From: Octopus sinensis
Lineage: Eukaryota
Assembly (NCBI RefSeq): GCF_006345805.1
Contig: NC_043008.1
Span: forward strand, 27,528,001 to 27,592,000
DNA length: 64,000 nucleotides
Direction: 5' to 3'
The notes beneath the pieces are model-generated. The model saw only the letters and a program-made list of their open reading frames with translations, was not told the origin of the DNA and made no database searches. The position numbers were made by a program, and so were the translations under genes. Positions 13,036-27,231 of this stretch are shown piece after piece (within the stretch, counting starts at the first letter, position 1; the number at the start of each line of letters is the position of its first letter).

Positions 13036-15870
13036 TATATGTTACCAAAACTCTGCTGTCCTTTATTCCCACTGCCATCTATTAGTCCATTCAAAGGGAA
13101 TATATGCATAGCACCACCTCATAGCCAGTTCTCTCAAGTAATGGACACGGGAAATCTCGCACATCATCAGCGTCTTTACTTTCGCGAAAAACTTAAGTAT
13201 ATCATATTACACAATGTTTCATACAGCGAGCAAATCTCCAATGACTGTAAAGAGTTTTGATAAAAGGAAATGCAGAGTCACAGCAATAGGTGAAGAGAAA
13301 ACGTGAACTGTTTACTTGAGGAAGAGATTATGTCTTTCTTCATTCTTGCTCTGTCACTGAAACAAAAATATTTTTATTCTTGTAAATTTTTGAAGTAAGC
13401 TTTTCTATAGTAGTGTTCGACATACCACGAATACCAGGCAAGTTTATTCAAAATCATAATCTGGTGCATTGCAAAGCACGCGTTGGATAATGCAGTTTTA
13501 TATATTGAAATGATGAGTGGGAGCATTACAAGTAGAAGGACAAAAATATATCTCATGTATGTATAAAGCACAGTGAAAGATAAGACTGATGGTGCAGATT
13601 TATGATTAAAGATAGTCTGGTGTGACTCTTTCGCATATCAGATGTGCTTTTCATTCTGTAAAATGGTCGGTTGTGATTGGACGGACATTTGGTTACTATA
13701 TCTAACAGCTTCATGTTGAAAGAGAAAGTTGAAAGGAAAGGCAAGTACTATTGACACATTTCACTAATTTTATTTCAGACAAAAGAAGTATTAGACTGTA
13801 CATTTCTTTTCTCTGTCTAATACTGTTCATGGTTGTTCTAAGAAAATTAACATTTACATACGTATCATAATAAAATTGCAAAACCAATTTAAATATGATT
13901 ACAATGCAGGGTTAAGAGTTCACGCGTAATTACAAGAATGATGGAAATTAGTCGGTTTTACTCTCTCATCTTTATTATCTTTAACAATTCCATAATTGCA
14001 TCCACAACTATCACATACACTGAAGCACTTAACACCATTAACATTGCCATTATCATCACGATTACAGCTACTGCTAACGCCATCACCACCATCAACCAAA
14101 TTACTAACATTCATTTACTCATATAATTGCATAGGCAATTGATCTGGTTTGAGTTTCCAAAGTTGGGGAATTAATTCCACGTACGTTCATTTGTCCTTGC
14201 GTAAAACATATCAATTCAATTTTCATTGCATGCTGCTTGTATACAAACCGGGTTAAACGTGCATATTAAATCATCGTTTACGTCTACAAGAATATTCGTG
14301 GTGGATATAAGAACTTTTTCTTGCATATGATACCGATTTGGGATATATAAATAATACATGTAAACAGAAATCGCTTTAATAAATAGTGATACTCTTCTAA
14401 AATAAATGTCTGAAGATACACATAGGCAGAAAATACATGATGGGAGTGACGGGAGCTAAAGTCTTTTACATAAAGGTAAGTGATACAACGTCAGTTTTGG
14501 GAAAAGCTGAAATGACAGTGGAAGGTAGACGGCACTGGAATGTGATTCAGAACCTTATCACTATAAATTACAGAATGCCTTTAAAATGGTTGTACATCTA
14601 AAATGTCAGGCTTTAATGCTTTGGGAATTATACAAGACGTATGAACTGTGATGACTAAAAAGAAGTAGACCGCCTACAATAATATAAATGGCAAGGATCA
14701 CAGGTCAATTACTTGATGTTCTTTGCGATTTGTTATCTACATGCTCGCAAATACAGAATACAGTAGCTCGTTTATAGCATTACAATAAATATAATATATG
14801 AGTTTCTGGGAAAGGCGTTTTCTGCAAAAATCTTTAACTGACACGTCTCCACGTTTTCTAATTTGACTATTAAAGATATGGACCTATAACATTTTCCACA
14901 GTTGAAGAGTACTAGTTTATCACATATAAGTCAAGGCGACCTGGAATTCATTAATACAAAATGAACTGTCTTTTGGGGGAGAAACTGGTAAGTTTGCCCG
15001 AATGAGGAGAAAATTATAAAAGTGGTCCCATTTTCTTCGGAAACTTTCTAATAACTGCCACCATTTCTCGATTAACAAAACTGGGTATTCTCCCGGTATG
15101 TAGCCAATTGCAGTATACATCTGGTGGGGGTTATTTGGGCAACGAAGGAAATCAACTTGCTGCTCTAATCCGGAAGACAATTGATATGATTATCCATCTT
15201 CATGAATAAACTTCAGAGATCACTTACTTGGTAGTGATGCCGGAATGCATTTCCTCTACAAGCATGGACGTTCCTTCTACCAGTCCTGTCCTACACGCAC
15301 ATCTCTAGTGACAGTGCATTGCTGACTTGTGACTATACATGAAGGTTGTGGTTGGGCGAGATCTGGCTATTTGCTGAGCCCATTTTCAGGAAAGTCCTTT
15401 CACCTTTTTTGGTTGGGAAGAACAAACAGTCCATCTAAGTTGAGGTTCTGGCGAAAGCTTCTGTTGTGAACGAGATAGAAATGGATGAATATAAAATTTT
15501 TTTTCTTTCCTAAAGACGTCAGGTTTCATCTGAGAAAGAAAGCGATACAGGAAAGGGCAGTACTAACACTCAATAACTTTGGTGAAGGGGGAATGAGCGT
15601 AGCGGACATGTTCCATTGAAACGGGTATAATCTAACTCTGCATATGCATTTGTGTGAATGAAAACTAGCAGAAGAAGCGTTTCTTTTTTTTGCTTTAAAG
15701 TTTTTGCAGAATTTTCGAAGGAAGCCTTCGGTGCTCCATATTCTTGGGCATTTATTTTGTTTGAATATTGTTTTCTATTATACTTATTACATTCTTTTAT
15801 TAAATCTTCCACTGTATCATTTTGTACCAATCCAATAATTTTGTGAACCCTTACTAGTTAATGAAGAAAA

Positions 15871-15871
<1 letters not shown>

Positions 15872-15923
<52 letters not shown>

Positions 15924-15956
15924 TATTATTATTATTATTATTGTTATTATTGCTAC

Positions 15957-16008
<52 letters not shown>

Positions 16009-16042
16009 GTTGTTGTTGTTGTTATTATTATTATCATTGTTA
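15872..16042. repeat. (TTA)n/(TTG)n microsatellite at the 3' end of an R4/Dong-like copy
   Basis: Directly visible. Confidence 0.97.
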
Positions 16043-17330
16043 TTTATTGTCTTTTCTCAGCTTCTAACGCTGGAGCTGTACTATGGTGTAAGCTGTTCAC
16101 TACCAGTGAACTAAGGTAACACCTTTTATTTTCGAGCACAATCCGGAATATTCGAACGGTTCCAAGCAGTGCTCATTTCTGCAAGTGCTCTACTCGTATT
16201 GTAGCCATTATTTGTCCCATGTACTTCTCAAGATTTTTGCTCACTGTTATTGGGCTCCATCAGTTATTGGTACTACTGCCACCTTTTTAATCGACCATAA
16301 ATGCTTAACATCCGACGCTAACCTTTCTTATCTACCGACATTTATTTTCTTTTTTATCGCAAACCTTGTTGTCAGTTGGGCATCCATATCTATGATCCAG
16401 CATCGTTTCTCTTTCTTTCGCAACACTATGTCTGGCTTCATATTCTATATCTTGTGGTCGCAGCGAATCCTAAAGTATCATAGGATCTTTGCTCTATCAT
16501 TTTCGATGATGCCTTCGGTTTTATGTTCGTACCATATTTTTGCACTGTCACGTCCATACTTATTGTAAAGTGTCCAAAGGACAATCCTTTCTGTATTGTC
16601 TTGACATCTCTTATATTCTTTCAGCGTACATTAACTGGTAATATGCCATACGGTTTCACCATTTTTTCCACAGATTCTGCACTTATCACTTTCTGATGTG
16701 TTGTCTATTCTGTATCTGATGTAATTTGTTCTTAGTGTTTTTTCTTGGGCAGCTAAGATTAGAACCTCCGTTTCCGATTTTAAATCAATGTTAGTCATCT
16801 ATAGCCATATTTTTCTGTCTTATCTTCAGCATCCCTATGAAATTGTCCATGCATTCTTTTCTTTATCCACCTATTTTCAATTTCATTCATTCTCAAGTGT
16901 TTATACAGTGCTTTATCTTTGCAATCTTCCATCCTACACAAGCCTGACCTTCTTGCTTCCGATAATAGTGGTTCTGTGGCATTTTTTTCACATACCACGG
17001 TATGTTGTTTTTCCCGGTTCTAATACTGTGTTTGCATCCAATCAGTCCTTTTCCGCCTCATTTTCTTGGTACATATTGTATGTCTGTGTCACATTTTCGG
17101 TGGCGTATCCCATATCTAATTAGCCTCTCCCTTGTCTTTCTGTCTAAGCTATTTAGTTCGTCTACTGCCCATGCGACTACTCCTGCTCCATATGTAAGCA
17201 GTGAAATCGTCCGTTTAATTTTGACTTAAGTATCAGTCTCAGTCTGCGTTTGAACTCTGTTCATGCATTTCAAAGTATAAGGACGTGTGTTCGTGAGTTG
17301 TAAGCTTGTGTTCAATTTTTTCAAATAATA
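16043..17330 (-). mobile_element. R4/Dong-like LINE 3' half, second subfamily
   Basis: KRMHGQFHRD, LKSETEVLILAAQEKTLRTNYI, CRICGKNGETVWHITS and MKPDIVLRKKEKRCWIID (RLE); tail in (TAA)n. Confidence 0.85.
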
Positions 17331-17339
17331 TTGTTGTAT

Positions 17340-19521
17340 GTGAAAATCTTTTACAAGATTTCTGTGGCCAGACCGACTGGCCTCTTGCTGAGCTCAGCGG
17401 TTAGGCGAAACTTTTCTCCTTTGGGGGCGAATTTTCAGTTTAAATTCTCCACGTTTTCATTTTTCTATTTCAAACTTTGTAAAAATATCCTTGATAAAGA
17501 ATGTCAGCTCTTCCTTTCTTTCTGTTAAAAAGGTTAAAAAGTTTTGCAAATCAATTATATCTACCTACTCCGCGCCTTAAAAGTCTGAGAGAGGGATGAC
17601 CAAAGTCTTGCTAGCACGAGCAATGCTGAGCAACAAAAGGAAAAAGATGAAAAGAAACGCGAGAAAAAAGTGGAATTGAGCCAAGAAATTCGGCTAATGA
17701 ACGCAACTAGAGTCGCAATACGTGTGAATCCAAGCCCTCCCACTACCACCATTAACAATGACACCCTGAACACTCGACACCAAGGCTATCAACAACAGAG
17801 GCGCTGACTACAACTACCACTATACCCTCTACTAAAGCACCAACAACACAGCTCTTGTCAGAGGAATAAAAAAAATCAGCAATTGTCAACCCACTGAATT
17901 AACCATTCACAACTCTGACCACTCAGACATGTCGTGCGGAGAGGGCAATCAGAATTGTGTGGATAGAAGTATAAGGCAAAACAGGACACCAACAAATAAA
18001 CAAGCTCTACCTCTCAAAAAAACAATGAAAATCACCATCACCCACGCTTAAAACACCTTCACCAACACCACATACGCAGTCAATAGTACAAGGCATAACA
18101 GGGCCAGCACAAAAAGTAAACGGAAACAACAACGACACAGAAGTCACTACCTTAAACACAGACAACACAAACTTACTATTATGCATAAAGAAATATACAG
18201 ACGTCGCCATGATTGACTTTGTTTCCCTCCACGGATAACACACCGCCACTACATAAACAGATACTTCGAACATCGCAACGTGCATACAGCAACATAAATT
18301 TTCATATGCGGTTGGAGGCTTCAACACATACGTGCCCTGGAGTCTCTATAAATGCTTGATCGCATCTAGATAGAGCATTTTGCATGTCTTTAGATATCGA
18401 CTTACACTGCATACACAGACAGGCTACTGGAAGTAGAACATGTCACTCCTGGCGTGCCAAGCTTATGGAGAGAGGATTATAGAGTTAAATCAGAAAGCTT
18501 TGACGAGGGAAATAGTCAACAATAAATGTGGTATACCCTGAAAAGCGCCATCAAAGTAGAATCAGTTAGATTAGCAACATTTTAACAGCAGAAAGATATA
18601 GATTACAGGGTGAATTAGTGAGGAAGTTAGAAGACGCGCTTAGGAAAGGCATTGCAACTGACTTGCTGGCAGCGATGTTGGCCCTCGATGAACACTTCTA
18701 CGCCTAGCACGAAGGTTGCATTATCAGAGCTAAGGCACTTGCTCTGAGACCAGAGGTAATCAATGCTGCCGTATGGGCCCGAGTAGCTGAGGCGCAAAAT
18801 AGCAACCAAAACACCTTTCGGTTTTTAGTGGACCAAAATGGGCGCACAGTAAACGAACCAGAGCAGATGTGTGCGGCTTTTCAGCAGCATTTTGCTGAAT
18901 TGCTCGGGACGGCAAAGAAAGGCGGTGGGGTAATTTTCATGATGGAGTCAGTCGACAAGCGGACACATCCTACACATGACAGAAGGTGTTCAACATAAAC
19001 CCATATGTCAGATATACTCGGGCACTGGACGAGATCGTGCCGAACTGTTCGTCACACGTCTCTATACAACGCGATAGTAGAACTTCCACTAACCACATTT
19101 CTCGACTGCTGAGGAGCCTGAGCGCTGACGAGATAAAGGTATCAAACAATACCTTTATCAAACGAGATAAAGGTATCAAACGACAACCCTCGGTCTACGC
19201 TTGATCCAAGATTGCTTCTCACAGACAAACAGCGACCACACCTGCTCACCTTTATAGAGGAAACACTGGCTATTTTCATGTGTCACGTAGCTGTAGCGAA
19301 AGCGGTTGTGTGGTGGTCTACACTGAAAGGGCTGAAGATATACTGTTCTCTTTGGCCTACACCTCATCAACGTTTTCAGGTACCATCTGAAAAGGAAAGT
19401 GAGGGTTCAGAGAGAAGTGCTGACTTCCTGCAATTTTGATAAAAAGTGGGTAAATGTGTCGAAGATGGTCCGTTTCAACGGATTTACTCTGAGTATGTGC
19501 TTTTGAGCTTCCAATCCTGGA

Positions 19522-19553
<32 letters not shown>

Positions 19554-19765
19554 AGAGAGAGAAAGATGGGGAGGGGACCGTTGCCCTGGTGGACGTGGCG
19601 CTAGTGCATTTTTCGTGAGGTCTCCATGCGTAGCTCAGAGTTGCTTGACTCTTTTAGGTATTTTCCTTGTTATATTTTTCATTGTTATTGACTTTTCGCA
19701 CGACACTATATGTAAACTCACTTTGTCCTTCATGAGTTTGTAGGCCCTTGTGGCTAATAAAGAAT
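17340..19765 (+). mobile_element. Internally deleted Tx1/L1-clade LINE (ORF1 remnant, EN-RT linker, C-terminus, 3' UTR)
   Basis: GYWK.NMSLL, VNNKWWYTLKSAIK, HEGCIIRAKALAL, EPEQMCAAFQQHFAELL, then AVAKAVVWWSTLKGLK; AATAAA at ~19756. The RT core is absent. Confidence 0.75.
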
Positions 19766-19779
19766 GGATTATTAGTATT

Positions 19780-19861
19780 AATGTTAGTGATAGTAGTAGT
19801 AGCAGCAACAGCAGCAGCAGTAGTAGTAGTAGTAGTAGTAGTGGCAGTAGTAGTAGTAGTA

Positions 19862-19907
<46 letters not shown>

Positions 19908-19932
19908 TGTAGTAGTAGTGGTAGTAGTAGAG
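19780..19932. repeat. (TAG)n/(CAG)n microsatellite
   Basis: Directly visible. Confidence 0.97.
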
Positions 19933-21837
19933 TGATGGGCTATGAAATAAACAATATTTTTTCAAAGAATTGATCTATTAATTTAGCGTACGCATATTTC
20001 TAAATCATTACATCTCTAAATTTAGTCATAACTGTTATCCCCTCATTTAGTTAATATATTTGGGGTTTGTGACCCCTGAAATCTTTATTATACACTTAAG
20101 ACACCATTTTATTCTCATCAACATACATGTGAATTCAAAAGCCACAAGAAACAACTTATCTTTCATCGTTCATTGTATGTGAAACACTTTCGCAATATGA
20201 TGCATATTCACTGTGAAACAAGTTCAGTTCCCCCCAGGAAACATAAATTGTGTTAGTATGGGTTATACACTTGCGAAGTAATAAACACCATCTAATCTCA
20301 TGTACGTTTATTGCAGAGGAAAGAAAAAGTGTTCTTTTTATATTTTACTTTGGAGTTATGTTGCAGCAAGATTATTTCCTCATGATTTGAATTTAGACTT
20401 TTAATTCAAATTAACAGTACACTGAATAAAATTTTAAAATCATGGAAAGCAGTCGATAAGCAACTGAAATAGCAGTAGCAATACAGGAAATAGTTAAATC
20501 GTTACGACAAACAAAAGGTGTGTCATAACTGTAGATAGCGACATCTGCTTTAGCTAAGGAAATCAATATTAAAGAAATATCAATGAAAATATTAGTGCCC
20601 CATTGAACAGTCTAAATACCTTTCCTTCTTCCATCGATGAGCAGAACGTTACTCATACCTGTAAAAGGCATGAGAAAAATGTGTATGATATGCAATATAG
20701 TGCCTAAAGGAAAAGGAATAAAAAAGAAGTCAAATATTTTCGTTTATTTAATTAATTTTAGAAAAAATTGTTTACCTTTCTAAATCGAATTAAAAGTTGT
20801 TACCAAAAGACAGTAAGGACCATAATACACACACAAACGTAAAATACTAACATATACTGGCATATACAGACACATACAAGCAAGGGAGGGAGAGAACGAG
20901 AGAGAAAGAGAGAGAAGGAGAGAGACAAAGACATACAGACAGACACAGAGGGAAATCCATATAGAATTTTAAAATGAGAAATATACATTTGTGTAAAGTT
21001 AACAGTGGCATTTATGATAGTTTTTTTTATCTAATATTATAAAACAACTAATGGCAATGCTTTCAGTTCTATTCATTTATATTGTAGGAAATAATTGTTT
21101 AGTCTGAAATACTGGCATGCATTGAATTTTGTTATTGTTAGAAATTAATATTAATTGTAAGATCCAGAAATATAACTTCATTAATAATCCTCTTTGTAGT
21201 ATATTCGATCGAACACAAAACAGGGATAAAATCTATGTCAGACTCTATTAACCTTGCAGCATATTGGCAGCCGATTCACCATTAAAAATAAGAACATACC
21301 TTTTTCTAATCACCTCTACATTAATAGGCTCCTCCCTAGGGCACTTAATTAAATTTTAGTTTTAAATAAGATATTTTTACTCTAAATTTATAAATTAAAA
21401 TATATTCAGATCCAGATAATGGAAACATTACGTCTCATGTATGCTCCCACTTGATATTTATTTACAGCAAACTGATTTAAAATATTAAACAAAAAGACGT
21501 TTGATAAGGTTTATACAGTGTATATTCAGTTTATATATATATATAAAACTATATTTTACAAAAAGTAAATTTTAAACAGAATATAGTCTTTTAGACATAC
21601 AAATAATTTTTCTAAAGTGGACGAAAACGCAATTCTAAGGAACATAAAAAATTAACTATGTCAAATTATTTCTGCTTGTATAAATTCCACAAAATGAACA
21701 TGGAATGAATGATTCTTAATTACCGAAATAGATAGCTATATATGCAAAAATATTTACAGGTACTAAATATAATATTGTGGATTATATCACGTGCACTATT
21801 GTTGATTTAATGATTAAAACATCAGGCACACGCATTC

Positions 21838-21982
21838 AAACAGCCAGAAAGTCAATTTCAGGGTTTAAACAGCCAGAAAGTCGATTTCAGGGTTTAAACA
21901 GCCAGAAAGTCGATTTCAGGGTTTAAACAGCCAGAAAGTCAATTTCAGGGTTTAAACAGCCAGAAAGTCAATTTCAGGGTTT
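21838..21982. repeat. 29-bp minisatellite, 5 copies (aaacagccagaaagtcRatttcagggttt)
   Basis: Five exact-period units differing at one A/G position. Confidence 0.97.
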
Positions 21983-24900
21983 AAAGCAGAATATAATCAC
22001 TCTGAACATTTCTCAGCAGAGGAATTATATAGAACACCACAGAAGCTTATTTCGTCTTTCTAATTTTGCTAAAGATTTTTGATGATTTCAAAGTTGATCT
22101 GCACGGAAAATTATCTTTGTAACGTAACTCTGATTTGGGTTTCAAATATTCCTCAACAATACCCCTTAGTCTTCGCGCGGCAATAAGCAATTTGGTTGAT
22201 GTATTTTTCATTGGTATATTTATTCTGTTCTACATTATGGATCAGTCGTCAAACTTTGAAGTGTAACAATAACCATTTTGACTATCCAGTTTAAAGATAC
22301 GTTAAAGGAGGATGTTATCTGAGAAAAAGGACTCGTAGAGTGGTATATCTCGCGATAATCTAAATCCTTTTTCTAGTGAATTGCTTAGAAATGGCACTTA
22401 ATGATTCTAAAGTATAATTTAAATGTGTAGAAAATATGATAATACACTTTCTTTTATGAACAAATTGTCATGTCACAGAATCACCACAAATAGTACTGCT
22501 CAAATTCACATTAGGATTACGTCATTATTTCCATATCGAGTAGGTTTCTTGAAGATCTCAAAAATGCATAAAAGATACTTGCTGCAAGACAAACGCACAG
22601 CAGGGCAGATCTTCAGAGGAAGACATTCTGTCCGACATGTGTTTTGGGCCTTTTTACCTGAAACTCTACGAGAGCCGGACCCACCTAGGTCACGTCATCG
22701 AGGTGTCTTTCTGCTGATTTCCAAAACCTGTCTCCAGTGCGATTTGAGCCTGGGTCGCTCTTTTTCTGAACTTGTGCTCTCAGCTCTGTATTACATCGCA
22801 GTAGGACACTCTGAGCGACGAAATTACAACTTCTGTTGTAATTTTAATTAGAATAAAGATTATATTAACTTTGAGAACAGACTTAAGAGAATTAAACCGT
22901 TGCATATTTAAACAAAATAAGCCATCATTTAATGTACAATTGCCCATAAAAGGTCTCAACTTTGATCATCAAGAATTTCTTGGTACAGCCGACGTTTTAT
23001 GAATTTAAAGAAGAATACTACATCATAATATTTCTGTACACCCACTAATCTCGCGAAACCACAAAAAACAACATATCTTAAAATGTAGCTAGAATAATAA
23101 TATCGAAATAATAATGTAATAATCATGAAAGTATATCATTTTATGAAAGTGCGCATAAATTACGAGTGTTTATATAAATTTGTACGTGTACTCATACACA
23201 CATATGTGTCTGCATGTTTGTGTAATTGATTTGGCGCACGCGTGTGTAATGGGAGATATTGCTTCAAATGCCGGATTATATATACAGAGATATTATCACT
23301 CAGGCCGGATAAAAAATCTGACATCCAACGCCAAAGAATGAGAGATGAAAAGAGGCAAATTAGCGGTGGCTGCATTACATGTAGCTGTCGAATCAATAAA
23401 TGTATATTAAAATGTAATATAGACAGGTGGCTGCTACTGGTATCAAATCATCTATACGTAGATTAATTTTATGGGAGCGAGTATAAAAATAATTAATGGG
23501 AAAAAGAGGAAAACGAAGTTTCATGGTAGTCTTTTATGGACACATGAAAGGCAGGAGAATTCAGGCAGTACGTTACTGTCATTCTACGGAGGTGACTGTA
23601 TCTCCGGTAAGTTCATACGTAATATCAGAAAAGTGAAAGAGGAGACTCCGCTAAATACTTTACAGCTGTTTCAGGGGTTTGGTGATCAATACGTGCAGTA
23701 GTGTAGATCAAGCGTGCATGTTCATGAAGTAAATGTACATGGGGCTGCGCTGGTGGTGAAAGAGAGTTCTTTCGAATAATGGACTCCTGTTCGAAGAAAT
23801 ATTACAATTATATATTTTAGGGCCCCGCGGCTGAGGGAATACCTGCAGGCGGCAAGATAATTGATAGGGGATGGTTGAAGAGACTTGGTATCTCAGTCTG
23901 TGTTTATTACCTCATTTTTTTGTGTTTTCGTTTTTGTAAAAAGCCAAAAACTTTGTAATGGAATAATTATAAAAACTAAATTAAGAGGTTTAATACCTCA
24001 TGTTGTTTTTTCAAAACAAAGAATATTGCATTAGAGAAGCAAAAATTCGGCGTTTTTATCTTCTCCTATCAATATCATCCTTTTTCATCATTCATCTCAT
24101 TAATGTTTTTGTCCAGCCCGCAAGCTACTCTGTGCCATGCCTTTATGGCAAAATTCTGATATAAAGTACATGAAGGAAATTGGTTTTCGTGTATATATAT
24201 ATATATGGCGGTATATGAATTTATCTTATAATAACGATATATATTAATCGCTATGGATAAGAAATACAATTTATCAGCTTCCTACAAAGGGGTATGTGAT
24301 GCTAAATTTTAAACTTGTGGTACTTTATAAAACTTCGCCACCGCCAATTCACTTGACGCGCTTTATTGCACTTATGATGTCCGAAGCCAAGAAAGTTCTG
24401 AAACGTATGATATCGATACAACTCTCTCGTAATTATGTTAGTATATGAACTCTTCGGTAATCTTCATGTATATGATCTATTTTTCCGGGTTTTAAAAGAT
24501 TTATTTTATTTATGCATACCTCCATATAACTAAATGATAAATACCCTAAAAAAGAATCACATAGTAGGTTTTCATAGAGAGATATATATTCGGAAAGTTC
24601 AAACTCTAATAACAGTCAAAGGAGAAGAATCCAAGCAATCTTCATAAGTACGTAGATAACTGAAAATTTAACACGTAGATAACCGAAGAGTTAACAAATA
24701 GATAGCATGTAGAAAACCGCAACTCTTCACAATAGTTTCTTCGTTTCGGAGATGATGAGTGAGATGATGAGCAACTGTATGTAAAACAACGCAAATATAA
24801 AATATGGTACCACATGCCCCAAAGTAGGTTGATAATAAAACATATTTATATGACATTCTGATTAAGGAGTATGCTTTATGATAATTTAAGTTGGTTTTAT

Positions 24901-25903
24901 TCTATATGCATTCCCTAACGCCACTTTACTTCCCGTATATGCACGTACAATTCACGCTACTGAAATTACAGACCACCGAGCATCGGACACAGATGTAGAG
25001 TATTGGCTGCATTCACCTCTCTCATTTTCATGATACTACCGGATATCTACCGAATTATGTAGGACATTTACTGAGAATTATTTGAAGTCTACCCAGATGG
25101 ACATGTACATACACACAAATTTATGTAAGCGCACACATGCTTACATATATACATGCATGAGTGTAAGTATGTGTTTATTTAGATGGCAGAGAGATATGTA
25201 TATTTATACATGTAAGTATGAATTCTATTCATAAATATTCATGTACATATGCAGAGTCGAATGTTTGCATATGTTTAATGAAATATTACAAATGTATCTT
25301 TTCGAATTTTATATTTATCCATTTTACCCTGTATTATAATATTTAATTATGTAGCTATTTTCTGCGTATTAGTTCATGCATTAATTTAATTATCTACTTA
25401 TTTATGTATAAACTAATTATAATCATTATTTATACAGCCTTCAAAACTTCATATAGAATTACAAAACTGAATTATGCATATGTTTTCAATAACATATAAG
25501 AGCGACGTTTGATTAATCTTTCTATTACTAATTCATATTTCTGCCATAATGCATTTTAAATGTTATGAATCACATTCGATCTGAATGTTTCAATAAAATT
25601 GGAATGATTTTAGAACAACTCCAAATTAATTTTAAGGCCTTTTATATTTCCCAAACCATGTTTTGAATTAAGAAAAGTAGTGAATCCTTGATTATTTGCT
25701 GATAAAACATGTTATTAACATTTTGCCTTTGTGTCACTGTATTCGCAAGTAATTTCTCTGAATTTCAGTATTCGATTTTCTGCTACGGTAAACGATTAGG
25801 GCTATAAAATACTAACGATAATTCAAAGAACTAACAGAAAACAAATTAAATTTGTTTTATTTATATCATATCAAATATCAAACTTATTGTTTCTTTGGTT
25901 ATG

Positions 25904-25961
<58 letters not shown>

Positions 25962-25992
25962 CATATACATACATACGTACACACACACACAG

Positions 25993-26028
<36 letters not shown>

Positions 26029-26029
26029 C

Positions 26030-26900
26030 AGATGATTTCTAAACTCTCCTCCAGTAAGGAAGTTTTCGATGCTGTAAACTCCTATTATAACTCGGCTTTG
26101 GCATGTAGTGGATTTAAGGACTGTACCTCCCATACACCGTGTCCTAACATATACAAAAAGGAGCATGATGTTAACGTCATTTGGCTTGCTCCACCATTCC
26201 CATTCAACGTCAAGACCTGCGAGGGAAGAGTATTCCGTAGATTAGTGAACGAACACTTCACGCAGTCACAAACATACGGGTGACTGCGTAATAAATACAA
26301 CATAAGGGCTCTTTTAGCTGTGTGCCCAACGTTAACAGAGTATCAATGAATACCTCAAACCACACGCAGATGCAGGATGCTCACGCAAGGTTAACAATGA
26401 GTGACCGGTGGTAGTGGTGGGGTTGTAAATGGAACTTCAAAGGTGAGAGTCTATGAAGCTGATGTGGATGGCAATCGAGGTGGCAGTCGCAGCATTAGCT
26501 ACAAGAACACCAACAAAATATCCACCGTTAACAAAAGCAGCGGCAGCGATAATGATAGCAAGAGCAACAGTTGTAAAGCCAGCAGCGCAAGGACTCAGAC
26601 AAAGAAATAAGCGGATCTGAAAAATAACCGGTTCTCCTCTTGGATACGAGAGAGGCGCAGCCTCAAATCCATTGTCAACTACGTATGGCTTTTAATAGAG
26701 GAGGGTACACCATTCACAATTACATGGAGGCTCCTAGAACAACCGGCTCCATGTTAGAACAGTATTAAAACTACGTAAGCTTTGCTTTGCCAAGAGAATA
26801 AGATTTCTGAAAAATTCGCTAGGTTTGTGAACCTTCTTAGACTCTAAAAATGAAAGATTTAGTCGATGCACTCGTGAAAGGAAATTCATGTTGGAAATAT
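26030..26900 (+). mobile_element. Degenerate Penelope-like element 3' part (RT thumb, linker, GIY-YIG C-terminus)
   Basis: ISKLSSSKEVFD...YYNSALACSGF and VIWLAPPFPFNVKT; YVWLL..EGTPFTITWRLLE..LLDSKNERFSRC. Same clade as the ORF at 48748. Confidence 0.75.
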
Positions 26901-27189
26901 GGATATCTCCGTCAGCCGATCAAGAAAGAGCTATTCGTCTTAGATGTAACTATGAGCCGGTCCGTTTGAAATGTAACTATAAGATATCTAAGTGGGATAA
27001 ATGCAACCCTCCTAAATTTCGTTTCGAAAATTTTTAATTATAAAATTACCTGATCATAGCGTATGCATCCATTCAGTTGTAGAGATGTTATGCACCTCCA
27101 GCCACGTGTCTCACTGATCGCTTACACAGCTAACAGTTTTATAGACGCGAAACCAATGGTCACTGTCTGACCGGCCATAGCGTAACGAA

Positions 27190-27231
<42 letters not shown>

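Noticed and set aside
14900-15460. Cys-rich string HCH*RCACRTGL on the minus strand, suggesting a CxC-type DNA transposon
   Set aside because: Too short and interrupted to assign.
15570-15830. ORF with AQEYGAPKASF resembling a pogo/CENP-B HTH
   Set aside because: Only a weak motif match; no DDE domain or TIR found.
19126-19150. CUGACGA-gata-aagg-tatc-AAAC hammerhead look-alike
   Set aside because: Lacks G12 and stems I/III; lies inside Tx1 coding sequence.
22423-22851. 142-aa ORF in the TE-poor island
   Set aside because: No recognisable domain or splice support; length attainable by chance.
24310-24400. tattgcactt, resembling the miR-92/25 5' end
   Set aside because: The match stops after 10 nt and there is no hairpin.
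24753-24861. ATGATGA...CTGA box C/D snoRNA pattern
   Set aside because: No terminal stem and no recognisable rRNA antisense element.
27040-27100. cctgatcatagcg..., a possible remnant of the 26030 PLE hammerhead
   Set aside because: GAAA and stems are not recoverable.
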